Virus record (IMG/VR): IMGVR_UViG_3300028845_000223
Location: 2,547-66,546 of that record
Length of the DNA stretch: 64,000 nucleotides
Source of the DNA: a virus
Strand: one strand, 5' to 3'
This document shows, in pieces, positions 33,693 to 42,431 of this stretch (position 1 is the first letter of the stretch; each line of letters starts with the position of its first letter). Under the pieces are notes generated by a model. That model made no database searches and had not been told where the DNA came from. It was given only the letters and a program-made list of their open reading frames with translations. The translations under genes and the position numbers were made by a program.

Positions 33693-33758
33693 ATACAGGA
33701 GAGCAAGAAAACTAGATTTCTGAAAATGAATAGAAGGAAGTTTTCTTATTGCCTGTAT
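33693..33758 (-). ncRNA. Bulged-hairpin RNA family, copy 7 (directly after the CCA of the atypical tRNA)
   Basis: AUACAG/CUGUAU, GC/GC, AAGAAAACU/AGUUUUCUU, UCCUUCUA. Confidence 0.75.
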
Positions 33759-33830
33759 TGGTGAGCCCCCTTGGATTTGCACCAAAATCTTTCGCATGGG
33801 CTGCGAATGTTTCGCTTAAACTATGAGCTC
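33759..33830 (-). tRNA. Atypical tRNA-like gene (loop AGCCCAU, nominal Gly CCC)
   Basis: Same scaffold as 32024-32095: GTTT-AAGCG-AAAC, AGAT variable loop, TGCAAAT, CCA. Confidence 0.6.
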
Positions 33831-33904
33831 TTCTGTTCGCTTAAATTGTCAAAGATCAACTCGTGTGTTACTTGTTTTGTTTTACCGAGTCTCTTCTTTC
33901 CTTC

Positions 33905-33932
33905 ATCTTAGTCACCCTTGAGAGAGTGTCAA
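33905..33932 (-). promoter_or_regulatory. Sigma70-type promoter for the tRNA/ncRNA cluster
   Basis: TTGACA-16 nt-TAAGAT. Confidence 0.6.
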
Positions 33933-34028
33933 GTCGTCTTTTTACGTTGTGTTGAAGGTAGAAGTTAAATAGTAAGGAAAAATATATTTTCTTGAGTTAC
34001 AAGAAAAAACTTTTTTGTTTATTTATTT

Positions 34029-34089
34029 GCTCCAAGCTTCGGACTTGAACCGAAGATTTGGGTATGTTTTGCCGTTAAACCACTTGGAG
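34029..34089 (-). ncRNA. 61-nt mini tRNA-like RNA lacking the anticodon arm
   Basis: CTCCAAG/CTTGGAG acceptor, GTTT-AACGGCA-AAAC D-arm, 10-nt linker, CTTCGG-TTCAAGT-CCGAAG T-arm. Confidence 0.6.
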
Positions 34090-34125
34090 TTCCTTGGTTT
34101 TTTTAAATGGTCAAGGACCATTCTT

Positions 34126-34322
34126 GATTTTTTCATATCCTAACAGGAGGGAGATTGAGATTTAGGGGTTGATTGGTTTTATTTGTATGATTTCTTTTTC
34201 CAGGATTTAGTATTTGGCGGTGAAGCCTACCCTGTTTTAGATCACCAGATTGGTCAACCAATCAGCTGTTTATAGGTTTTCCGTGTAAAGGAATGCCGAG
34301 TGGCTACGGCGATATGAAAATC
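34126..34322 (-). ncRNA. ~195-nt structured RNA candidate
   Basis: Closing GATTTTCATATC/GATATGAAAAAATC helix with internal hairpins GCCG/CGGC, TTCC/GGAA, GATTGG/CCAATC, GGTGA/TCACC. Confidence 0.45.
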
Positions 34323-34339
34323 AAGAAAAAAGTTTTAGG

Positions 34340-34864
34340 TTATTGGAAAAGAGAGGAATCAATATCAAGGTTTAATTCTTTTGAGTTTGCCTCGGCAATT
34401 CCAGCTCGAAGGGCAGTTAACTGCGCATTTTTATTTGCGGCGGTTTCAACAATGTCTTTTATTAACATCGTACGTTTTGGCCACTCATATTGAGCATTTG
34501 TGGCTCCATAGTGAAGTCTTTGGCTATCATAAGGATCTTCTTCTTTTGAAGACTCAGCTTTCCAAAGTCCTTCCATTCTACCAACGCCACCAATCATTTT
34601 GACGGCACTCATCAGTGTCATTCTTTGTTCTTCTCCAAACAAGAAATAAGAAACGGTAATTTGTAAATTATATTTGGCTTGGGCCTCTTGAAGAGCACAA
34701 ATAGAGTTTTCGGTTTTGAGAATATCTTTTTCAATTTCCGAAGGCATTCTCCCTGTTTGGGAAGCTTTTCGGAAAAATGAGTTTCTGAACTCTCTTAAGA
34801 GAGGTTCTTTTCTTGCTTCCCAACGTTTGATAGCTTCTTTTAGTTGATATCCGTTAACTTTCAT
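34340..34864 (-). CDS. Hypothetical helical protein
   Basis: MKVNGYQLKEAIKRW... ORF with start-site context like neighbours. Confidence 0.65.
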   Translation of the reverse strand: MKVNGYQLKEAIKRWEARKEPLLREFRNSFFRKASQTGRMPSEIEKDILKTENSICALQEAQAKYNLQITVSYFLFGEEQRMTLMSAVKMIGGVGRMEGLWKAESSKEEDPYDSQRLHYGATNAQYEWPKRTMLIKDIVETAANKNAQLTALRAGIAEANSKELNLDIDSSLFQ

Positions 34865-34993
34865 TTTTGGTTTCTCTTTCCTTGTCTCTTGCCCCTTCAT
34901 TCTAAGCACCTGGGGAGTGGTGTCAACCACCTTTTTTCTTCTCGTTTGTTTTTGAATTAAAATGAAATAATATTGTTTCTTGGTTGGAGTGAG

Positions 34994-35446
34994 TTACAGG
35001 TCTAACTTATATTTCTCTAAAGAAATTGAATTAAAAAGTTTTGATGGCTGTGTTTTGAAGTCTATTTGTAATCCACACATAAGAGTCAACTCTTTTCCTT
35101 GTTTTGCGGTGTCTGTTTGCCAATAGGTTACCATAACAGGAGAAAGGTTTTTGTTCCAGTGTTTTATTGCCGCGATCCAAGTATCCACTGTCTCATTTTT
35201 CGATAGTGATTTTCCGTACATTGCCTCAAACAAACCATCTTCTATTTCGACAATAACATCAATGTCTCTTGGATTAAGAGAACTTAGAATACTTCCAACA
35301 AGATATATTTCTTGGTTGTAATATCTTGACCTGATAAATGTTAAGACTTGAACAAGTTTCTTGAGAGGAATAAAAGAAGATAGGTTTTCTTTTATTGTTG
35401 CCTCGCTCAAGGGTGCCCCGCGAGAGAAGCGGCGACAGAGACGCAC
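34994..35446 (-). CDS. Minimal nucleotidyltransferase (Pol beta-like)
   Basis: IYLVGS...PRDIDV (hG[GS]-x-DxD). Confidence 0.65.
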   Translation of the reverse strand: MRLCRRFSRGAPLSEATIKENLSSFIPLKKLVQVLTFIRSRYYNQEIYLVGSILSSLNPRDIDVIVEIEDGLFEAMYGKSLSKNETVDTWIAAIKHWNKNLSPVMVTYWQTDTAKQGKELTLMCGLQIDFKTQPSKLFNSISLEKYKLDL

Positions 35447-36166
35447 CGAGACACGCGGGAGGTTCCAGAATTATTCTCCAATTCGGGAGGCGGCAACGGT
35501 CCCGTGGCTCCGCCGTGTGTCTCCGAAGACTCGTAAACATATTCGGTTCTTACTTCAATAGGTAAATTAAGAATCTTGGCCAAACACCTTTTGCAAACAT
35601 CTTCGCAGTTGATCAATACAGATGGATTGGTTTTATCTCCTGATTTCATATGAAGATTTATATAACCGTTTTCTTCTGTGATTATACACCTGCATTTATC
35701 GCAGCTGTGTTGTTGGATTAGTGCCATTGTTTTACTCCTTTTTGGTAGATACTGTATCTGTTAGATTCAAATAAGAAATAAAATTTTCAAGATTTGAAAA
35801 AGTAACATATAGATAAAAAATTCCGCCTTCACCTAAAAGTTGAAACTCAACAAAATCCGCAATATCTGAAATTCTATGATTTAAAATAAGATTAGATTCT
35901 TTTACCGAGAATCCTATATTCCTTATATGTTTTAAACTAAAAACACTTGTGCAAGATAACCGTATGTTTGCCTCCGAAACCAATTCCCAATTTTTTAATT
36001 CTCTAATATCTTTGTCCCAAGCATGAATCGATCTTTTTTCAACAAAAAGATCGATATTAAAATCTATAGATCCTTTTTCTAAAAGGGTTTTAATTATTTC
36101 TTCTGGTTGCTTTGCTGACTGTTTTGTTGTCATTTTGGTTAATCTTCTTTTCTGATTAAGTCCCAA
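35407..36166 (-). other. Hypothetical ORFs 35407-35727 (CxxC pairs) and 35732-36166
   Basis: Abutting co-oriented ORFs. Confidence 0.6.
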
Positions 36167-37623
36167 ATATGTTTAAATTCATTTTGTGAATAAGATGAAA
36201 GCCTATAACTTTTTCTTTCTGGTTCGTAAGAACTAGGGGCAACTGTTTCAGTTGTTGCATCCACATAAGCAGAATATTTTCCATCTTTAGTTGTCATTGT
36301 TTTGTTCCAGCAGTCAGCTCCAATAACTTCTTTAATTTCTTCTTCAAGATTTTTTGCAAATGTTGTATCAATGTTTATTCCGCGATATGGAGTTCTAATT
36401 CTTTTTAAGTCACTGTAAGCGTAAAGATGGCAAAGAATTTCTAAAACGTCTTTATTAGATGCTTTAACCAAAGATTTTGGTCCTCTTCCAGTGTCTTTAT
36501 GTCCCAAGAAAGTTACTATTGGATTAAAAGGAAACTCATATAGTTGTTTTATCATTTCAGCAAGTTCTTGTTTTGAACAAGAACCAACAGGATGTTGCAA
36601 ACATATTTTGTGGTGGATTGGTGAAATCGTTTCTCCGAGAGAGGTTATAAGATTTTGAATCTCAAGAATATCTTTCTTGCTATCAACAGAAAAAGCAAAA
36701 GCGCCAACATGATCTTTAATCAGATTAGTTATTAATGGATTTTTTAAAATACTATAATTTTTAGTAGTAAAGTTTACGGTAAGACCAAGAGAATCATAAT
36801 ACTTTATTATGTCAATAAAATTTGGATGAAGTGTTGGCTCGCCCCCTCCAACCGCAACTTCTAAAACTCCAGAATTAAACAGAACTTGTCCAATTTTTTT
36901 TATCGTTTCAAATGAAGCGTGTTTTCCTTTTTTTGTTGAATCTTGATAACAATAAGAGCAATCAAAAGGACAGTAATCAGTAATTTTTAAGTCTACCAAT
37001 TCTGGTTTTGGTGATGAATTTGGAAGCTCTCCGTTGGAGAACTTTATTTTCATTTTAACTCCAGATTTTTTATCAAAAATAAGAAAATAATCTCCTGTTT
37101 CAAAATATTTTCCAATATAGCCTTCTCCCTTTGGATACTTTTCCAGAAAATATTTTTGATTCCAAAGCCTAGGGAAAGGAATATTAGCGTTAAAACTTTC
37201 TAAATCTGGTGGAGGATTAATTTGAGAAGGTTCGTTATCGTTGCCTCCGTAAATTGCTATGTTTGGATTTGAAATCCAATCCACCATTTTTTGAAACCAA
37301 ACTGGGTGTGGTTCTGTGCCTGTTTCATTTGGAACAACAAACAAGCCCCAAACAGATTCATGATCAATATTTCTACCACCAAAATCCCCAGAAAGTTCAT
37401 GCAACCCATTCCAAGATGAAGCAATTTGTGATTTTAAGTAATCTACTTTTGCCTCTTTTGAAACAAGTTGAAAGTCTTCCCAATTATAATTTCTCCGACA
37501 GGGATTTATATCTTTTAAGAAAGATATGTCTTTATCAAATAAAAGAACTGAGTGAGAACTTGAACTGTTTGTTGCAAAACCTTCTCGATAGAAGAGAATT
37601 CTTGGAGTTGGATTGAATGTCAT
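36139..37623 (-). CDS. Radical SAM protein with phage-type FATNSSSSHS N-terminal domain
   Basis: CPFDCSYC (CxxxCxxC), VAVGGGEPTLHP, VNFTT. Confidence 0.85.
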   Translation of the reverse strand: MTFNPTPRILFYREGFATNSSSSHSVLLFDKDISFLKDINPCRRNYNWEDFQLVSKEAKVDYLKSQIASSWNGLHELSGDFGGRNIDHESVWGLFVVPNETGTEPHPVWFQKMVDWISNPNIAIYGGNDNEPSQINPPPDLESFNANIPFPRLWNQKYFLEKYPKGEGYIGKYFETGDYFLIFDKKSGVKMKIKFSNGELPNSSPKPELVDLKITDYCPFDCSYCYQDSTKKGKHASFETIKKIGQVLFNSGVLEVAVGGGEPTLHPNFIDIIKYYDSLGLTVNFTTKNYSILKNPLITNLIKDHVGAFAFSVDSKKDILEIQNLITSLGETISPIHHKICLQHPVGSCSKQELAEMIKQLYEFPFNPIVTFLGHKDTGRGPKSLVKASNKDVLEILCHLYAYSDLKRIRTPYRGINIDTTFAKNLEEEIKEVIGADCWNKTMTTKDGKYSAYVDATTETVAPSSYEPERKSYRLSSYSQNEFKHIWDLIRKED

Positions 37624-37650
37624 TTTTCTTTCTTTCTCTTTTTAGATTTA

Positions 37651-38151
37651 TCAAAAGGAAGTTGCGGTTTTTGGAGACTTGGTTTTTATAATTTTAAAAT
37701 TTGTTCTATCAAGATAAACAAGGATTTCGGGATCACTTTCTTTTTGATAAACTTTATTTAAATTTCTTTTTTTAAAGAAACTCAAGACCCTTGCACGAAA
37801 AGAACGTTTTGGTTTTAAAGCTTCGAATTTTAAATAATTTATATATTCATACGAAACATGATAATAGCCGCTTTTGCCGCGATTATACAATGTAAATAGA
37901 TTGCCGTCCCCCTCATGCGGTTTTGAATAAACCACATAGAACAAATCTGTTTCTACAACCAAGTCTTCTCCACATCTTTCGCACATACACAAAATGAAAG
38001 GCGTATAATAATCTTCGAATTCTAAAGGCATAACATAAACAAGTTTAGGGTGTTTGATTGCTAGTTTGCACCCAAACAGTCTACACGCTAAAGGTTTTTT
38101 AGGTTGGCTAGAAACCATCACCAAATCTTTTGACTGATTATCTCTATACAT
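37651..38151 (-). CDS. Cys-containing protein (family with 17800 and 59291)
   Basis: MYRDNQ...LACRLFGCK...CERC. Confidence 0.6.
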   Translation of the reverse strand: MYRDNQSKDLVMVSSQPKKPLACRLFGCKLAIKHPKLVYVMPLEFEDYYTPFILCMCERCGEDLVVETDLFYVVYSKPHEGDGNLFTLYNRGKSGYYHVSYEYINYLKFEALKPKRSFRARVLSFFKKRNLNKVYQKESDPEILVYLDRTNFKIIKTKSPKTATSF

Positions 38152-38241
38152 GGAAAGCCTTCTGTTGGTACAAACAAAAAAACTTAACCTCTCGAATAAA
38201 GAAGTTAAGTCTTAATTTTAAGACCTTTAAGAAGAAATTAT

Positions 38242-39138
38242 TTATTCTTCTTCGTCTTCATCGTAATCACATTCATCATCTTCTTCGTCACAATCACAAA
38301 GAAGTCTGCCCTCTGATTCGCTATATTCAAAAATACCATCACATTCTGGGCAATACTCTTCTTTGGTTTCTTTTTCTGGTTCTGGGCCAGAGGCCATAAT
38401 TCTTTCACCGTCGGCGAGAAGTTTTTCTTGTCTTGGTGCCGTGATTACTTTTACAACCTTGTATCTACAGGTTCTCATTTTACCTTGGTTGTAATCAATT
38501 GGCACAGCGACAACATCGGCGGGATCTACTTCTACCTCAACCATATGCCCTTCGCCGCCATAAAATGAACTATTGGCATAATTCCAGTTTGCCACATGCA
38601 AACCAGAAGAACAAGTTTGTGTTGGATCTTCGTCAACTCGTTCTCTTGGCATTTCAAGAACTTTTCCAGGACTGTTATCAAATGTTCCGCTGTGGTAATC
38701 TTTAAAGTCTGTTCTTATTTTTTTATAGGCAATAAAATTGCCGTCTTTTGTAATTGGATGTTTGTTGGCATCCAAGAAACCAAACAGCTGATCAATTGAA
38801 GATACAGATGGGTTTTTGCGAAGTTTGCGGCAAAAGTTTATGAGCGGTGTTATTTCAATTTTTGCATTAATAAACTCAAGAAACTTTTGTCCAAGAGAAC
38901 CGTGAATTTCTTTTCCATCAAGGAAAACTTGGCCATCAACCAAATCAAGCATTCCTTCTGATTTGGTTTTCATGAAATGGGCAATGCTTACAGCATCTCT
39001 AATTGCTGCTTCATTTTTATCTTGTAAAGCTTGCGAAAGGACAGGATACATTCCGTCCGTGTTTAATACGATAAATGGATTTCCGTCTATGTTGACGTTA
39101 ATGGAACTTTTCGACTTGGTATATGTTATGTTATTCAT
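38242..39138 (-). CDS. rIIB: rIIB-like protein
   Basis: NPS....QLFGFL....ITKDGNFIAYK...D...GTFDNSPG.V.EMPR..VD.DP..TCS.GLH; directly downstream of rIIA. Confidence 0.85.
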   Translation of the reverse strand: MNNITYTKSKSSINVNIDGNPFIVLNTDGMYPVLSQALQDKNEAAIRDAVSIAHFMKTKSEGMLDLVDGQVFLDGKEIHGSLGQKFLEFINAKIEITPLINFCRKLRKNPSVSSIDQLFGFLDANKHPITKDGNFIAYKKIRTDFKDYHSGTFDNSPGKVLEMPRERVDEDPTQTCSSGLHVANWNYANSSFYGGEGHMVEVEVDPADVVAVPIDYNQGKMRTCRYKVVKVITAPRQEKLLADGERIMASGPEPEKETKEEYCPECDGIFEYSESEGRLLCDCDEEDDECDYDEDEEE

Positions 39139-39143
39139 TTTGT

Positions 39144-41384
39144 TTACATCCTACTTAGAATTTTGGGGCGAACAGGATTTAAATAACCACTTAATTTAAT
39201 AGAGTCAACTAAGTTAATCAACTCTAACAGTTCAGGTATTCCTCTATAACTACTGCTTCCAGTTTTTAAAAAAGGAACATTGTACCATTCATCAAATTGT
39301 TTTTTAAGTCCAATAATTTTAGAAATCCTGTCTTTAAACTGTGGATCGCCGTAATCTGGTTCTCTGTCATATTTGTATAAAGCAGCCAAGAGTCTTACTT
39401 TTCTAGAAGCTTCAATTTCTTTGTCTTTTAATTCATTTAATTGTTTGAAATATTCTTTTACAAAAGGTGGAGATTTCGAAAGATATAAAGTTTGTATCTC
39501 TTCGTCTATAAGACACCCAAGTCCCGATCTGTTTGTCGAATAACTTGACCCAATATAAGATGGTGTTAAACGGAGAGAAGACATTTCTTCTCCATATGTT
39601 CTTTTAGCAGAAGAGGCATACAACAGATATTGTTTCCATTCGTCTGGAGTATGTTTTTCATACTCTCCCTGAATAAGTTCTTCTACATGGATTGCCCCTT
39701 CTTCTGCCATTAACTCTTCAATTTTTTCTCTTGAGACTTGAGAGGTCTTAAATCCATATATATTATATCCAGTGGATGCTCTTAAAAATTCTAGGTCTCC
39801 TACTCCGTAATTGAATTTATCAGCATCTTTTCTTTCGGGATGTTTTTCATCGTTAAGAAACACATACGCTTTCTTGCCTTTATCTTCGTCAAACACCGCA
39901 AGAGAGGATCTTGTGAAAGCTTTGTCTGGCATTGAAAACCCAGACCAGTCACAAGTTTCTTCTGTAAAGTTTGGAAACCAACAAAGTTTGAAAAACAGGG
40001 TTTTTGTAAGAGCTTGTTTTCTTTCTTTAGCATCTAGGAATTTGTAATAGTCTTCGAGTTTATGTGCCCCGATTTCTTTAAGATACAGTTCTTTTTTCTT
40101 CTCTGGCGCAACTGCCCTTGTATTAATCAAACAAATCTTGTTATACATACTTGATGTAATCTTAAGTTTTTCAAGCATTATAAGCATTGCTTTTTCGACA
40201 GTTTTGTTAAACTCTCGTTCAGTTTCAACATATAAAACTTTGGATTCGATCCTGTATGCCGTATCATTTCCCTTGGTCATCTTTGTAACATATGGAACAC
40301 TATAGCAACAGCTGTAAGCTCCATAGGTTGATAACTTGACATATTGTTCTATTAATGGTGTTCCTTTCCAAGAAAAATTAGATTTATCTAAATAAATGCT
40401 AAGTTTATTTTTAATTGAATCAAAGTTGATTACCGCATCAGCGTATGATTCTTGCTTGTCGACTTCGGTTTGAAGTATTTTTTTAACTTCATCTTCGTAG
40501 TTTTTAAGAATTGCTAATATTTTCTTTTTGTTCGCATCGCTTTGTTTTAGAGTTTCTCTGTTTGGAGAGACTTCAAGTTCTCCAGTTTTGAACTCCATAT
40601 AAAGATTACAGTTTCCAATTTTAACTAAGTTAAAATCAACCATTGTTTCTTGAATTGGATATTCAATTTCATCTAATACTGCATACAAACTTTTTCTGTT
40701 ATGCGGTTCGATAAACCATCTCGTTCCAGACAATAATGGTTTTACTTTTCTTTGATCAACAGAATTAAATGCGCTAATATTTTTAAAGGTTGGAGGATTT
40801 TTCCAGTGTCTTACCACAGAAGTAGATTCTTTGTGAAACTGATCTATGTCTTTGTTCTTAACTGGAACAACTATCTCGGTTCCGTTTTTTTCTGTTGTTG
40901 GTTGCTCCGACATTAACTGTAAAATGCCACGTTCGGTTTCGTCTATGATTGCGCAGTAACTTCTTTTGATTCCATCAATAAAAGTATTGATTATGAAAGA
41001 ATCTGAATAACCAAACGCAGACTTTGCTCCCAAGCCAAAACCACCTGTTTCAGTATTTGATCCACGTTTTGTGGAATTGCCATACTGAATAAAAACATTT
41101 GACATACGTTCAGGTGAAATTCCTGGGCCGTAATCCCTACATTTCCAGTGCAGGTCGTAAGCAGTTGGTAATGTAACCAACACCTTAGTTTGTGGCGAGT
41201 TAACTTCTCTGTGTGCGTCGCGGGCATTACAAATATACTCTTGAGCAATTGTCCGAATAATATTTGAATATAGTTGCCCTCTTAAAAGAGTAAGAACGAA
41301 ACCAACATCCCCAATGTCGAATTTTTCTTCTTTTTTTACTCCAAAGCTTTCTAGGTTATGATCTTTTGTCTCAGCAATCTTCAT
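39144..41384 (-). CDS. rIIA: rIIA-like protein (N-terminal GHKL ATPase)
   Basis: LYSN....AQEYICNARDAH, DYGPGIS, YGNSTK, GGFGLGAKS. Confidence 0.85.
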   Translation of the reverse strand: MKIAETKDHNLESFGVKKEEKFDIGDVGFVLTLLRGQLYSNIIRTIAQEYICNARDAHREVNSPQTKVLVTLPTAYDLHWKCRDYGPGISPERMSNVFIQYGNSTKRGSNTETGGFGLGAKSAFGYSDSFIINTFIDGIKRSYCAIIDETERGILQLMSEQPTTEKNGTEIVVPVKNKDIDQFHKESTSVVRHWKNPPTFKNISAFNSVDQRKVKPLLSGTRWFIEPHNRKSLYAVLDEIEYPIQETMVDFNLVKIGNCNLYMEFKTGELEVSPNRETLKQSDANKKKILAILKNYEDEVKKILQTEVDKQESYADAVINFDSIKNKLSIYLDKSNFSWKGTPLIEQYVKLSTYGAYSCCYSVPYVTKMTKGNDTAYRIESKVLYVETEREFNKTVEKAMLIMLEKLKITSSMYNKICLINTRAVAPEKKKELYLKEIGAHKLEDYYKFLDAKERKQALTKTLFFKLCWFPNFTEETCDWSGFSMPDKAFTRSSLAVFDEDKGKKAYVFLNDEKHPERKDADKFNYGVGDLEFLRASTGYNIYGFKTSQVSREKIEELMAEEGAIHVEELIQGEYEKHTPDEWKQYLLYASSAKRTYGEEMSSLRLTPSYIGSSYSTNRSGLGCLIDEEIQTLYLSKSPPFVKEYFKQLNELKDKEIEASRKVRLLAALYKYDREPDYGDPQFKDRISKIIGLKKQFDEWYNVPFLKTGSSSYRGIPELLELINLVDSIKLSGYLNPVRPKILSRM

Positions 41385-41429
41385 CTACTATAGCCTTTTA
41401 TTCTCTCGATACAGCTCAACTGTAACGCT

Positions 41430-41452
41430 GGCCCTTTAAGTCGTAAAGGGCC
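41430..41452. other. Perfect 9-bp hairpin between the serpin-like gene and rIIA
   Basis: GGCCCTTTA-AGTCG-TAAAGGGCC. Confidence 0.5.
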
Positions 41453-41480
41453 ATTAACAATTGAAATGAGATTATATTAA

Positions 41481-42431
41481 TTACATACTTGATAGGTCGC
41501 CAGGATCTTTCCAACAATCTATATCAAGATAAGCAGTAAAATAATCCACCAAGTCTCCAGTATGAAGGTCTTCTTTTCTCATCCAAAGAAGAAAAGGCTC
41601 ATCGAAAACAAGAGGATTTTCTTTTGGCCGAATTGATGTTGCGCATCTCGTTACAGCAACAGCCGCGGCACTTTTAGCTCTTGCACCATGTTCATTTAAT
41701 TTAAACTTGGTTTGTTGCAGAGCTTGCGACAAACACATTTCTTCTTCTTTCTCAGAAGAATTCAGTTTTGCCATAAATGACATTCCAAGCAAATAAGATA
41801 GATCTGATTCATAGTTTAGATCAATTTTTGGAATTGTTACAGAAGAATAGTTTTGGTATTCTTTTCTTTTTACGTTAAACATTTCTTCCGCAGAGATTTC
41901 TCTCAAGGTTTTAATTTGTTCTGCCGTGAATGGACCTTTTGCAAGGTACATGCTATCCACAAATTTATCATTTTTTTGTTTAAGATCAATTCGAGCATAA
42001 ATTATATCATCAACGAGAAACGTATCGAAAGAATTTGAAATTTTAATTGAGGGATAAGAAGTAACTTTGCCTTCTTTTGCAACGATCATGTTGGTCGATT
42101 GTGCTTTTTCAACCCATTCAACTAATATATCCATAATAGCAGCGGCACCAAAATCTGTTGGATTTTCAAATTTATCCAACTTGATATCAAATCCATTATC
42201 TGATAAAAACTTGTTTATTTCTTCGTGAGAAAACGAGGCAACACATCTCATTTCTTTTTCAGAAAAGAAATTCAAGTAACCATTTGTAATATATGGTTTA
42301 TAAATTCCATTTAAGAACTTTCTTTGCTCTGGAATGATATGTTTCCAGGGAGATGTTGCTTTTCCTGTAAACTCAATTGCAGATTTTAATGCCGCGACAA
42401 CAGGCGGCATCACAGACACAGATGAACTCAT
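41481..42431 (-). CDS. Serpin-like protein
   Basis: IPK.DL.Y..DL (strand 6A), QQTKFKLNEHGARAKSAAAV (hinge), LVFDEPFL (serpin signature-like). Confidence 0.7.
   Translation of the reverse strand: MSSSVSVMPPVVAALKSAIEFTGKATSPWKHIIPEQRKFLNGIYKPYITNGYLNFFSEKEMRCVASFSHEEINKFLSDNGFDIKLDKFENPTDFGAAAIMDILVEWVEKAQSTNMIVAKEGKVTSYPSIKISNSFDTFLVDDIIYARIDLKQKNDKFVDSMYLAKGPFTAEQIKTLREISAEEMFNVKRKEYQNYSSVTIPKIDLNYESDLSYLLGMSFMAKLNSSEKEEEMCLSQALQQTKFKLNEHGARAKSAAAVAVTRCATSIRPKENPLVFDEPFLLWMRKEDLHTGDLVDYFTAYLDIDCWKDPGDLSSM

Noticed and set aside
31243-33758. CRISPR array interpretation of the repeated AGAAGGAAG/ACTAG motif
   Set aside because: Copies are irregularly spaced, interleaved with tRNAs and covary in stems rather than being identical; no cas genes are present.
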